Virus record (IMG/VR): IMGVR_UViG_3300023499_000220
Span: 113,645-177,644 of that record
Origin: a virus
DNA length: 64,000 nt
Direction: 5' to 3' (one strand)
A program made the translations under genes and the position numbers. The notes beneath the pieces are model-generated. The model was not told where the DNA came from. It saw only the letters and a list, made by a program, of their open reading frames with translations, and searched no databases. Positions within the stretch are counted from its first letter, which is position 1. Each line of letters begins with the position of its first letter. Below, piece by piece: positions 44,668 through 59,600 of the stretch.

Positions 44668-47600
44668 TTATTCAGCGGAATCATCCTTATGGTTATCTTT
44701 GTTGTCGTTTTCGTCCTTCTTGCGCTTGTGGTTTACTACCACCAGAGCAGCGACGCCAATGCCAACCATTGCTACCAGACCAACAATGCTCTGTGCAAAT
44801 CCGATACCCGTCTTCTTGTTGCTCGTGAAGATAGAGAAGAGGGAGAAGGGTTTGCCGTCTACCTTGAAGATATCGAGCCAACCAATCGGCGGGGTCTTGG
44901 GCTTCTCAGTAGGAACAGGGGTCGGAGTAGGCTTCGGGTTGTCGGGAGTCGGAGTCGGTTTAGGCTCGTCAGGCGTTGTGGGAGTAGAGGGCTTCACAAC
45001 AGGGACTTTCACCTCGTTGGAAGGTTTCTCTACATCTTCATCAATCGGCTTGGACGGGTCCTTACCATGACCCGGATTCTCGGGGTCTTCGGGATTCTGA
45101 CCCGGAGCCTTAGCGACAGCCACGTTAATGACATCGTGTCCGGCATCCGCGTCAACGGCAACATAAGAATAGGTCAGAGTGAAGGATTCGCCAACAGGGA
45201 TACGAGCAATAGTGAACGTTGTCGTTGCGCTATTGTAAGTATATCCATCACCGTTCTGGGCTTCAATATGGCTTGCGCCGTCATTGTTGTCCTTTACGGT
45301 TACATTGACAAGGTCTACTTCACCGGTATTGGTTACTACCACACGATAATTGATGGTTTCACCGACATTGACTTTCGTCTTGTCAGCACTCTTCACAATC
45401 GTGAGGCTCTTTTCGAGCGGAATATCAGTTTCCGTACCGGAACCCGGAACTTCCACATCGACCTTGTTGGACGGAATATCCGTATCAGGGTCAATCGGTT
45501 TCGTCGGGTCTTTACCCTGTCCGGGATTCTCCGGGTCTTCGGGGTTCGTACCGGGAACATGAATCGTCGCTACGTTTTCAAGAATGTGCGTAGTCACATC
45601 GGCGATACCGACAGTATAAACGTAGTGGACAACCACATCGCCACCAGCAGGAATCGTGTCGATGGTGAATACACCATTCTCATAGTGATAACCAGCGCCA
45701 TCCACTGCGAAAATGCTTCCGGAGAAGTTATTCTCATCAGTCAGAGCAGCATTCTGAATATCGTGGTCTTTGCCATTGTGTACCGTTACGGTATAGGTGA
45801 CAGTCTCACCCGGCTTTGCGACAGTCTTGTTTGCAGACTTCCAGATGGTGACAACGCCATCATCAGGCTTCTTCACATCGACTGTATTGGACGGGATATT
45901 ATACTGCTCGCCATCGTGCGTGTACTTAATGGTTGCGGTATTTTCCATAACGCTCTCATCGGTCGTCTCTACCGTATAGGTATAAACGATATCAAGAGCC
46001 TCACCGGCATCCAGATAACCGATAGTCCAAGTACCGTCTCCGTTATAGGTATAGCGGTTAGAACTCTCAGCCGTAACATCACCCGCAAAGTTGTTATGGT
46101 CTGCGACAGTGATATCGTTTACGGTTTCGTCTGTCATATTCTTCACCGTAATGGTGTAGGTCACAACATCTGTCACCTTAGCGATATACTTATCGGCATC
46201 CTTTTCAACATCGATAGGCGGTGTCGGGTCTTTCACAACAGCAGCGTTCAGAACCTTAGGAGCATCAGCGGTAACTACCACATAGGTGAAGTTAAGCGTT
46301 ACGCTCTCGCCAGCCTTTACAGTGCTGATGGTATAGGAGTTGTCGCCGTTATCCGCAACGCCATCCATGGGCACAAAGTTGAGCGTTCCGTTGCCATCGA
46401 AGAAGTCTTCGACCACAACATTTTCTGCATCAGCCTTGCCCTTGTTGGCGACAGTAACCGTATAGTTGAGCGTATCGCCAACCTTGGCTTCTGCCTTATC
46501 AACGGACTTGGTGATTTCGATTACAGGAATCTCTGTTTCGGTTTCAGAGCCGGGAACTTCCACATCAACCTTGTTGGACGGAATCTCCGTATCGGGGTCA
46601 ATGGGCTTCTCGGGGTCTTTGCCGTGACCCGGATTATTCGGGTCTTCAGGATTCGTGCCGGGAACATGGATTGTTGCAATGTTTTCGAGAATCTGCGTGG
46701 GCACATCAGCAATTTCAACCGTATAGGTGTAGTGGATAACCACATCACCGCCTGCGGGAATCTTATTGATTGTGAATTCGCCGTTCTCGAAGGTGTAATC
46801 TGCACCGTCAACGCTTACGATTTCACCAGCAAAGTTGTTGGTATCTGTCAGACGAGCGTTTTCGATGTCGTGATTCTTTCCGTTATGAACCGTGACGGTA
46901 TAGGTTACAACCTCACCCGGCTCAGCCTTTGTCTTATCTGCAGCCTTGCGGATGGTAACAACACCATCATCGGGCTTCTCGACATCGACGGGGTTAGAGG
47001 GAATATTGTAATCTGTGCCATCCTTGCTGTAAGTCACATTTGCAATGTTTTCGATGACGGTGGCATCCTCAGCCTGCATCGTATAGGTGTAGGTGATATG
47101 GATGGTCTCGCCAGCGGCAATAGTCGGAATAGTCCATGTCTTATTGCCATTGTAAGTGTACTTGTCAGCGTTTTCGGCCTTGATTTCGCCCTTGAAGTTG
47201 TTAGTATCGGTGACGGTTACATTGTCAACAGGCTCAGAAGTGGTGTTCTTCACGGAAATCGTGTAGGTTACAACCTCATCTACCTTTGCAATGTGCTTGT
47301 CGGCTTCCTTCTCAACGTCAACAGGCGGTGTCGGGTCTTTGATTACTGCGGCGTTCAGTACGAGAGGTTCGTCTCCTTCAACTACAACATAGCTGAAACG
47401 AAGTTTTACGCTCTCCCCTGCCTTGACCGTAGAAATTGTGTAGGTGTTGTCTCCGTTATCTGTCACGCCATCCATGGCCTTGAAGTTCAGCGTTCCGTTT
47501 CCGTCAAAGAAATCCTTAATCAGGATATTCTCAGCATCCGCGTTACCGCCGTTCTTGACAGTGACGGTGTAGTTTAGCGTATCACCAATCTTGGCAGTAG

Positions 47601-50600
47601 GCTTATCTACAGACTTGGTAATAGAGATTTCCGGAATCTCTGTCTCAACTTCGGAACCGGGGACTTCCACTTCGACCTTATTGGACGGAATGTCCGTATC
47701 GGGGTCAATAGGTTTATCCGGGTCATTGCCGTGTCCGGGATTCTCAGGGTCTTCCGGATTCGTGCCGGGCACATGTGCCGTGGCAACATTTTCCAGAATG
47801 TGAGTGGGTACATCTGCAATCTGCACCGTGTAGGTGTAGGTCAGAACAGCGTCTGCACCAGCAGCAATCTTATCGATTACAAAGTGTCCGTCAACGAACT
47901 TGTAGCCGACACCATTTGTGCCGGTAATCGTTCCAGCAAAGTTGTTGGAATCGCTTACGACCACATTGGTGATGTCATGCGCCTTGCCGTTGTGAATCGT
48001 AACTGTGTAGGTCACGACCTCACCGGGTTCTGCAATCTTCTTGTCACCGCTCTTGACAATCGTAACTTCGCCATCCTTCGGGACAACGACTTCAACGGGG
48101 TCTGCCTTGATGACATACTCGCCGTCATCGGTCGTGTAGCGAACATCAGCTTCGTTGACCAGCGTAGAGGGGTCGGTAGTCTTCACCGTATAGGTGTAGA
48201 GAATATCGATGCTTTCACCAGCCTTGATGCTGGGGATAGTCCAAGTATGGTTGCCATTGTAGGTGTACTTGGCGTTGTCTTTAGAGGTGATTGCACCTGT
48301 AAAGTTGTTGGTATCGCTGACCAGCAGGTCGGTAACGGCCTTATCGGTCGTGTTCTTCACCGTGATGGTGTAGTTGACGACTTCGTCGACCATCGCTACA
48401 TGCTTGTCTGCGGTCTTCTCGATGTCAACAGGAGGAGTCGGGTCTTTCACAACAGCAGCGTTCAGGACCATCGGCGCATCTCCGGCAACGACCGTGTAAG
48501 TGAAGCGGAGCGTAATGCTCTGACCCTTCTCCACATTCGCAACCGTATAGGTGTAATCACCGTTATCCGTCACACCGTCCATCGGAACGAAGTTCAGGAC
48601 ACCGTTACCGTCAAAGAAATCCTTGACGACAGCGTTCTTGACTGCCTGTCCGCCAACATTCGTCAGCGTAATCGTGTAGTTCAGCGTATCGCCAACCTTG
48701 GCTTCCGTTTTGTCTACACTCTTAACGATTTCGAGCTTGCCTTCCGGCACATCAACATGCGTGCCGTCACCGGGAACCTCAACATCGACCTTGTTGGAAG
48801 GAATCTCCTCGTCAGGGTCGCCGGGGTTCTTGCCGGGGACATGAGCCGTTGCAACATTTTCAAGAATCTTGGTCGGAACATCGGCAATCTGGACTGTGTA
48901 GGTGTAGTGAACCACTGCGTCACCGCCAGCAGGAATCTTGTCAATGACAAATTCGCCGTTGATGAACTTGTAGCCAGCACCGTCAACGCCCTCAATCTTG
49001 CCTGCGAAGTTGTTCGCGTCAGTCAGACGGACATTCTTGATGTCGTAATCCTTACCGTTATGAATCGTAACCGTATAGGTAACGACCTCGTTCGGTTCAG
49101 CCTTGGTCTTGTCGGCAGTCTTAAAGATGGTAACGACACCATCGTTAGGCTTTTCGACTTCGACGGGGTTGGACGGAATATCGTAGTCAGTACCGTTGTA
49201 GCTATAACGCACATCGGCAGTGTTTTCAATGACAGTTTCATCGCTTGCCTGCATCGTATAGGTGTAGGTAATGTCGATGGACTTGCCGGATTCGAGCGTT
49301 GCGATGGTCCAAGTCTTATCACCGTTGTAGGTGTAGCCCTTGCCATCCTTGCCTTCGATTTCGCCCTTGAAGTTGTTCGTATCGCTTACCAGCAGGTTCG
49401 TCAGCGTGTCCTTGGAATTGTTCTTCACCGTGATGGTGTATGTAACAATCTCATTGACCTTGGCGATATGCTTGTCAGCGCTCTTCACAATATCCGTGGG
49501 CGGTTCGGGAGTTGTGATAACTGCCGCGTTCAGAACCTCAGGTGCGTCACCGTCAACCACCACATAGGTGAAGTTAAGCGTTACGCTCTCGCCAGCCTTG
49601 ACACTTGCAATCGTGTAAGTGTCATCACCGTTATCGGTGACGCCATCCATAGCCACGAAGTTCAGTGTGCCCTTGCCGTCGAAGAAGTCTTTGACTGTGA
49701 CATTCTCAGCATCGCCCTTGCCGTTGTTCTTGACAGTAATCGTGTAGTTCAGAGTATCACCGACAACGGCTTCATTTTTATCCACACTCTTTGTCAGAAC
49801 AAGGTCAGGAATCTTGGTTTCAGTCTCGGAACCCGGAACCTCAACATCGACAGGATTCGAAGGAATCTTCTCATCGTTATCGATAGGCTTGTTCGGGTCT
49901 TTACCGTGACCGGGGTTGTTCGGGTCTTCGGGGTTCGTTCCGGGAACATCAGCCGTAGCGATATTCTCCAGAATCTGAGTAGGCACATCACCAATTTCAA
50001 CCGTGTAGGTATAGGTCAGAGTGACCGAAGCGCCTGCGGCAATCTCAGCAATATGGAACTCACCGTTCTCGAAGGTGTAATCTGCGCCGTCAACGCCAGT
50101 GATTTCACCAGCGAAGTTATTAGCATCGGTTACTACAACATCGTGAACATCGAAGCCCTTGTTGTTGGTAACGGTGACATTGTAGGTGACGACCTCACCC
50201 GGCTTTGCCATCTTCTTGTCAGCTTCCTTGTGGATGGAGACAGTGCCCTTATCGGGTACGACCACATCGACAGTCGGCGTATCAAGTTTCACGGTATCGC
50301 CGTTCTCGGAATACGTCACATCAGCCTTGTTCTCGAGGAGCTTCTCATCATTGCTCTGTACCGTGTAGGTATAGGTAATGTCGATGGTCTCCCCTGCTCC
50401 GATTTCCGGAATCGTCCAAGTATTATCGCCGTTATAGGTGTACTTGTCTGTATTGGCGGCATTGATGCTGCCAACAAAGTTATTGGTATCCTTGACAGTG
50501 ACATTCGTCTTTGCCTTGGTATCGGGGTTATACACGCTGATGGTGTAAGTCACGATTTCATCGACAAATGCGAACTTCTTGTCAGCCGTCTTGGTGGGTT

Positions 50601-53600
50601 CGAGCGGCGGGTCAACGGGCGGTGTCGTGACGACAGCGGCGTTCAGGACCTCAGGCTCATCGCCTTCCACGATAACATAGGTGAAGCGGAGCTCCATGAA
50701 TGTACCGGCAGGCAGTTTGTTGATGGTGTAAGTGCCATCACCGTTCACTACAACACCGACAGCCGGGATGTAGTTGAGTTTACCGTGTCCATCGAAGAAG
50801 TCTTCGACCAGAATATTTTTCAGTTCGCCATCGCCAACATTAGACACCTTAACGGTGTAATGCAGCATATCGCCAACAGAAGCACTCTTCTTGTCTACGA
50901 ATTTCTCGACTTTCAACTTGCCCTCGGGCGGGTTGACAGGAACAGGTACATCACTGCCGGGAACCTTGACGGTGACCTCGTTAGAAGGCTTCGTCTTTTC
51001 ATTCTCAGGAGTCTGGTCTTCGTCAGCGAACCAGTAATGCAGCGTAGCCACATTCTTCAGCTCGTTGTAAGTATCCTGACCCTTACCGGCATCGGTGTTC
51101 AACACAATGTAATCATATTCTACCGTGACAGTCTTGCCAGCCGGAATAGTGCCGACCTTGATGACTGCGGAACCTGCAGATGCAGATTCCAGAGTACCGT
51201 TCTTGACATTCGTGATAACGCCGTTGAAGTTGTTCTTGTCGTGCAGCGCTGCATTCACATAGTCAACAGTGTCATTGTTGTGCATGACGACGGTGTAATG
51301 CACCGTATCGCCGATGTTTGCAATGGCCTTGTCTGCCTGTTTTACAACGGTGGGTCCGACATGTTCCGGCGTGGGAGTTTCGGGGATGACAGGGATATCA
51401 ACCTCATTGGAAGGAATCTTTACCTTGCCAGAATCCGTCACATATGTCATTTCGGCGTTATTGACAAGCATGGTATTGGGAGCATCTTCATTCATTACCG
51501 TGTAGGTGTAGACAATGTCTACGCTCTCACCAGCGCCGATAGAAGAAATATTCCAGACCTTATCGCCAATATAGCTTACAACATCAGTGTTTTCGGCAGG
51601 CGTGATAACGCCCGTGAAGTTGTTTGTATCCTTGACCTCAACATTCGTCTTGGTCTCGTTAGTCGTATTGGTAACGGTAATGGTGTAAGTCACCACTTCG
51701 CCAACCACTACGGTCTGTTTATCTGCCTTCTTCTCGATTTCGGGAACTTCCGGAATCTCAACAGCAGCATTGTTCACGACATCCTTGTCGCCTTCCTGTA
51801 CGGTATAGGTGACAGGAATCTCAACAACCTCACCAGCCGCAATTTCTGCGATGGTGAAGGAATGAGTCGCTGCGTCATAGGTGTACTTGTCAGAACTTGC
51901 AGCATTGATTTCGCCAATGCCGTCATTGAAGTCGCGCACAACTACATTCTGAGCAGTCATTGTGCCGTTGTTCGTAACGGTAATGGTGTAGTGAATGGTA
52001 TCGCCAATCATCACACTGGATTCAAGAGAAGTCTTCACAACGCGAATATCGCGGTCAGGCACTTCGCCTACATGGACAGTCTCAGTATCGGGGTCGCTCG
52101 TAACAGTCTTGTTGTCGGGGTTCTTGCCCTCAGCAACAGCCGTATTCACGATGTTACCGTTATCGAGGTTCATATCCTCTGCCACAGCAGTGTAGATATA
52201 AGTGATTTCAACGGATTCGCCTGCGTTCAACTCAGGAATCATCCACTTGCCGTTTCCGTCATACATCAAATCGCCAGTGTACTCGACAGTGCCGTTGCCG
52301 TTGGACGTATCGGTAACGATAACATTCGTCAGCTTGGTATTGCCGCTGTTCTTAACGGTCAGAGTATAGGTTACGGTCGTGTCATTGCCGTTCATATCAA
52401 CGAAGCTCTTGTCAGCGTTCTTTACGATGGTCAGTTCATCACGGAGCACATCAACCTCAACAGGCTTAGAAGGCTCTTCGATGTCCTTGTCACCCGGAAT
52501 CTCAGTATCGGGATTCTTGGGAGCGTGAGCAGTAGCTACGTTGATAATCGTTTCGGGGTCACCGTTCTGCACAATATACAGGTAATTCAGCGTAACGGAA
52601 TCGCCGACATTCAGAGCAGGAATGGTGAACAATCTGGTTTCGGGGTTATAGGTATATCCGTCGCCAGTAGAGACGATAAACATACCCAGAGCATTGGTGT
52701 TATCGGAGACGGTAACATTCGTCATATCGACAGTGCCGTCGTTCGTGACAGTGACCTGATACTTGACGACTTCGCCGGGATAAGCGTGGTCGCGGTCTGC
52801 AGACTTGACAATCGTCAGGTGCTTGTAGTACAGCGGCACGATTACTTCGTTGGAATCGACAGGTTTCTCAGGAATAGTCGGGTCTTCGCGAGCAGGAATC
52901 GTTGCGGTAGCAATGTTATCCAGCTTGCCGTTTGCGAGGTCATCTGCAACAACCGTGTACTTATAGGTGATGGTTACGGACTTACCAACGCCAAGGCTGG
53001 TGATTGTCCATGTTCCATCATCGTTGACACGATAGCCGAAGTGGAGCTTCGTGTTCTCGACAGGCTCGCCCATGAAGTTGTTCGTATCCTTTACGACAAC
53101 ATTTTCAAGCTTCGTGTTGCCCGTATTGGTGACTTTCAGCGTGTAAGTGACGACATCACCTACGCCAGCCTCAGTCTTATCAGCACTCTTTTCGATGGTC
53201 AGATTCTGACGGATGATTTCCACATCAACATCAGGAGTCTCGACCAACCAATCCTTGTTAGGCTCGGTATAGTTCGGAGTGGTGCTGCCATCAGGGTTCT
53301 CAGTATAGTTCTCGACTACCTTCATATCGGTAATCTTAGCGTTGTTTTCGAGGATATCGTTGTTGTTGGTGCCGTGGTCGGTCGGGTCTACCGTGTAGGT
53401 ATAGGTGAACGTTACGGCATTGGTATGGGTTTCATCGCGCAGATGGGAAATCTCTGCGATAACGAACTCGCCCTTCTCTGCATCATAGGTCACACCGTTT
53501 GCCTGAGACAGGACAGGAACACCAACGAAGTTGTTGGTATCTTTAACGATGACGTTGTGCAGGTCATGACTGGTCGCGTTCGTAACGGTAATCGTGTAGC

Positions 53601-56600
53601 GAATCACATCGTAATCCGTAGCGCGTTCACGGTCAGCAGATTTCTCGATAGAGACAATTTCCTTATCGCGAACGGTCAGAGTACCATCCACATACTTGAT
53701 GATGTAGTTGGCATTGCTGCCGCTGCCATCTTCGGTGTTGATGATAACTGCATCGCTGGAAACGTTCTTGCTGGAACCCACTTCGGTCTGAGAACCGGTT
53801 ACGGTCACAGAATCCATCTTATCGTGAATGCCAAGCAGGTCGTTATCTACGAGTTCCGGAGCGTAGGTATAGCCGGGTTCCGTCAACGGAGTGCCGTCAT
53901 ATACCTTTTCTGCGGAGTTTGCAGTAATGGTTACCTCACGCGGGTCAATGAAGAAATGTCCGGGAGTTACTGTGCCAATCTCAATATTATCCACCTCAGT
54001 ATAGGTAGGAACAATGGAATAGCCGGGGTTCTCGGTACGAACATTCTCACCCGGAACACGAGCTGCATCCAGATTCAGGGCACGGTCGATATAATCGCGC
54101 AGGTCCTTATCCGGAGTGTAAGGCTCATCCTTCTCGTTCGTGAGCGTATAGGAAACATTGAACTTATCGGGGTCGTTATCACCGTAGGTCTTGCGGTCGT
54201 CTTCTGCCTTGATGTTAATAATCAAGGGTTTGACGGTCAGCTTACCATCGATGTAAACGAAATCGTAGTTCGGGTTATGGAAAGTAGAATCCTTGGCAGA
54301 TACAGGGTATTCACCAACAGGGCTCCACTTCTCTGCATCAGTCTTGGTCTTGAGCGCATCTTTACCACCGATATCATCGATGGTGTCACCGCGCTTATAG
54401 CCGGTAATGGTTACGTTGGGTGTCGGGTTATCTTCGCCGAAATACTTTTCGTCGTCAATAACTGTAACAACGATGGTTGCAGGAACAATGGTCAGAGTTC
54501 CGGGAGTGGTAATGATTTCGTAGTTGCCGGACGGGTCAGTGCCATCAATGGTGATGGGATACTTGCCTACCTGCTCACCGTCATCAGTATCAGCGCCGGG
54601 ACGCTTTGTGGTGATATCGAAGAAGTCTTCGTCACCGGGATTGACCAGTTCTTCGGGGTCAGTAATCGTCCAAGTCAGCGGGTCGGGGTCTTTCTCTCCG
54701 TAAACCTTCTGCTGGTCATCTGCCTTCACATGGATAGGTTTCTTACCAATCGTCAGGTCACCGCCAACATAGATAAACTTGTAATTGCTGTTGTCAGCAA
54801 CCAACTGCTGTCTATCGTAGTTGATGGGATAATTACCAACTTTCGTCTTATTCGTTACGGGATTGCCAGCGTTATCGTTGCAGTACATTGTAGCAGTGCC
54901 GGAGACCTTGGATTCATCGTCCTTGATACCGGTACCGGTTTCGTCCTTAACGTCACGACCGACAAAACCTGTGATGGAATAAGTGAATTCGGGAATCTCA
55001 TCGCCGTAGGTGGTCTTGTATCCGCCATCGACCGTAACAGTGAGCGTTGCGGGGATGATTTTCAGAGAACCATCGTATACGGTAACGGCATAGTTCTTGT
55101 TGTTTGTATCGTACTTTGCGGAAATGAGGTAATCACCATCATAGAGGGTAGTTCCCCACTTATTGAGAGAATCTGCTGCAGTGACATCGCCGCGCACAAC
55201 ATTCTCACCCTTGGTGCGGTACAACTCAACATTCAGCGGGCTGTTTTCGGGGTCAATCAGGCCAATCACATTGCCAGCATTGTCTTCGTAATGGAAGGTA
55301 AATGCCGGGTCAGCGGTGCCGTAGGTCTTGACCTTATGGTCAATGCGAACAATCAGTTCCTTCGGGTTGACAGTGATATCGCCATTGACATAGCGGATAA
55401 CATAGTTCTTCTCGAAGTTTGTGTTGCTCTTGACTTCGAAAGTGGAGCCGATATGCTCTTCACCGTCTTCCAGAACAACGCAATCCGGGTTCACCGCATC
55501 CTCATTGTTGTTGCCAGCAGTTACGATGTACTTGCCAGCGTCAGACAGGTCGAAGCACAGAGTAGCGAAGCCAAGTTCACCGTTCAGAACGGTTTCCTTC
55601 GTGTCATCACGCTTGAAGCCGGTAATATCGGCATCAAATGCGGGATTCTCTTCGCCATAGGTCTTGGAATAGCCACCCTTTACGGTAACAACCAGCTCAG
55701 CCGGAGTAATCGTAAAGTTGCCATTCTCCATGGTAATAACGTAGTTGGTGATGCCATCCTTGCTGACAGGGCTGATATCGTTGGCGTTGATGGCGTAAGC
55801 CTTGCCGAACGAATGCTCGCCAGTCCAGACATCTTCACCGGGTTCACGAGTCACGCCAGTACCTTCGAGGTCGCCGGGCTGGACAGGCACATCCGCGCCT
55901 TCCTTCTCGGTGAGAACAGGGCCATTCGCGTACTCAATGTAGTAGTTGCCATCTTCGCCACGGACACCGTCATGGAGCGTGTACTTCAATTCGGGGTCAG
56001 CGTCGCCGTAAACCTTGGTGTTATCCGCAGCAATAACGGAAACGGGGCGAGGAATGATAGTCAGGTTGCCAGCGGTAATCGTGATGTCGTCATCATCATA
56101 GATGGTGCTGTGGACACCGGACAGGCTGATGCAATCCTTGTAAGTGCCGCTGGAACTGGTCTGCGTATCCAGATGGGTAAAGGTAAAGGAATTGGTGTTG
56201 ATACCGGCTTCCTCTGCCGTGATTTCAACAGCCTCGCCGTTTTCTACCTTAAACACATGATAGGTGTAATCGGTAGAACCATCGTAGAAGCGGTTGACAC
56301 GGTCGCCGTAATAGCGAACCTTATCATCAACGGTAATCATCAGACCCTGACGCTTGACAATGAGGTCGTTTGCGTAACGGTACTCAAAGTCGTAGTTCGG
56401 GTTATCCAGCTCAAGCTGTTTCTGGTCGTTTGCTGCGAGGTTTCCAATCTGACGGTCCTGCGGCGTGGAGTAGACGGGATAAGAACCGACTTCTTCACCC
56501 TCTGCACGAACCAGATTGAAGACGATGGGAACCTTATCGGGGTTCACAACAACGCTTGCATCCGTGATACGGCTGCCTGCGCCGAGCTTCTGCTGACCAT

Positions 56601-59600
56601 TTACGGAATTATGGGTAATCATATCGGTCAGGGTGAAATCCTGAACCTTATCAGCATCGCCCAGTTCCTTCTGCCAGCCAGTGACTTCCAGCAGCATCGG
56701 ACGAGGTTTGATAGTCAGAACACCGGGCGTGTAGTTCGCAATCGTATAGTTATAACCGCCATCTGCGTTTTCACGAGGTACGAGAATCGTATGCTCTTCG
56801 CAGTAACTCTTATCGCCATACAGGTAATTGGAACCGACATCGGTGTACTTATTGTAGGTCAGGTTGATGTAATCGCTCAGAGTATTCTTTGCGGTTTCAA
56901 GAACCTTTGCGGTTGCGCCATCGTTATTCTTTAAAGCAACATCAGCGGTATCGCCGTGCTTCAAACCAACAACGGTCAGCGTGTAGTCGTTTTTGTTATC
57001 TTCGCCGTAGTAACGCTCCTGATTACTAAATACGATTGTCAGCGGGACAGGCGTAATAGTCATCTTAGCGTCGTTCGTTTCGACGATATAGTTGCTTGCT
57101 GTGCTCTTTTCGTAAGAGATGCGGATGGTATAGCCTTCGTCACGGACATTCTCGCCGCTGTCACGAACTGCCTTGATGCCGAGCATTTCGCTGGTAGGCT
57201 TAATGATTTCGCCATCAACAGTCCACTTCAATGCGGGTTCCGTGCCGCCGTATGCCTTCGTTGCATCCAGAGCCGCAATGCGAATCAGACGAGGATGTAC
57301 TTTCAGAACATTGGACTCGTAAACGAGTTCGTAGTTGGAAACTACTTGTCCTTCACTGTTCGTGACGGTCTTGATGCCAAGAGTATTGCCGTAACCAGTG
57401 TTTTCGTTCACGGATACAGGATATCCGTTTACAGGAACATGGGTATGCGGATGGTCATCGTCATGATAATGCTCATGACCTTTGTGCATTTCATTGTATT
57501 TCTCCAAGCAGTAAGCGCATTCTTCTTCGGGAACATCCGTCTGATAGATTACATCACTGCTCTGTGTAGCGGTTGTCAGATAAGGCAGATTAGAAGTGCC
57601 GTTCTTGAATGCCAGAGCGGTACGAGAAGCGCCGTTTACGACTTCAACTACATTACCGATGGTATCATTGCCAATCAGATGCATGTTGTTGTAATCAACG
57701 GTAGCGTCATCACCCAGAACGGTCCAGTTGTTCTCGTCCGAAACATCCAGCTCATTGCCTTGGTCATCTGTGCCAAGAACCTTGAATGTGGAGTTGAAGA
57801 ACGGGTTCGTTGTACCGTAAATCTTCTGGCTTTCGTCAACGGAAATCATAATCTTGCGGGGCTTGACCTCGATAGAACCGGGGTCTTCCGTGACAACATA
57901 GTTCTTCAATACATCATAGTTGAACTCGTTCAGACCAATGTAAGATACAGGGTAAGAACCAGCATCCGTTGTTTCACTCGGTACTACATTGTAAACGAAC
58001 TTGCTCTGATAGTTGTTTGTTTTCTTCGCTTTCAGGTCGAGTTTTTCATCGTCCTGTGCAGCAGTCTTATGGTCTTCGACCAGACCTTCCATGGTCAGCC
58101 AGCTATCAGAACCCTTATTCCAGTAGTAGACATCGTCTGCATACGGAAGTTTGATATTCTTGAAGCCATGTCCATAAGTGGTGCTTACGCTCTTGACCTG
58201 CGCACGCAGCGTCGTACGGTAAATACCACCGCTGAAAGTCTTGTCTGCGATATAGTAGTCGTTGTAGTTATTGTTCACAAGGTACATTTCATTGTTCTGT
58301 TCAATGTCACGCACCAGCGCGTTCGTATCATCGATATCCTGTACGGTGTACTCAAATACGATGTTTACGGTGCCGCCAACCGGAATTGTGTCAATGTAGA
58401 ACTCTGTGCCCTGCTGGTTCATACGAATGCCATTTGTGGATTTCAGGGTGATGGGACCATTACCTGCAAATCTGCTCTTCAGACGCAGGTTCTGGATAGC
58501 AACAGGAGCAACATAATTGTTCTGCGCTGCCAGACCATATCCGGTATCCTTGTTCGTTACTGCAATCGTAACAGTCATCTTCTGACCAACCTGCGGGGTG
58601 GTCGTGCTGTAGCTGTACTTTACAGAATACGGCAGATGGCGAATCGTATTCGTCGAAAGACCATTGTAACGGTCTTCCTTGATGACACCATTGTCGCCGT
58701 TTGCATCATACCCGGTCAGCTGTTCGCCAGCATTGCTGTCAGCATAAGAACCAACATAGGTCTGAGCATTCAGTTCAACGGAATCGTAGTTGGTGATATT
58801 ATCAATATAGATATTTCCCTGTCCTTCTTCACCGATATTGGCGTTGTAGTAGGAATCATATACCTTGATGTTGTTCGGATTCACTACCGTGTTCTGGTAG
58901 TTATCCTGTTCGGTCTTGGTATAGCGGGTAATATCGATGTTTTCCTGTTTACCAGCAAGAATCATTTCATATGCCTGCTCGATAGTCACATTCTGATTAT
59001 CGTAGACAGTCGTGTCGGTCAGATACTTGCCGTTTCCGATATCATTGGAGTTACCATCGTAGTTCCACTTGTATTTGTTCACATCATGATACTGACTGTG
59101 GACATACAGAGGACGAGGATTGATGGTACCAGTGAAATCTTCACTTGCAATATAATAGTTGTCGAACGGATTGTTAATCAGTTCAAGAATCGTAACGGTC
59201 TTAATACTGTGCAGACCCGTGTGGATGGACTCTCTGAAACTCGTCTTTGCGAAGTCCTCAGGAGCATAGTTTTCGCAATAATAGCCGTAAGCCAGTGTGC
59301 TGTTCAGCGCGACAGTATCGCCGTGAACAATACCGGAATCAGCAGTTGCTGCTTTGATTTTAATATCAGATACCTTTGCGGTGCTGATATTGTCGTAAAT
59401 CTTATTGTTGTCATAGCTGTAAAGATGCAGCGGGCGCGGATAAATATCGAAGTATACGACATTACCGTTGCCGGATACATATTCATCAGGTGTAGTGCTT
59501 TCGCCACGGACTACATAAGTCTTGCCGGGTTTCGTGTTTTCCCAGCAGAAAGTAACTTCGTACTTGCCCGTGTAGGTTGCCGTAGCAGTGTAGGAGCCGG

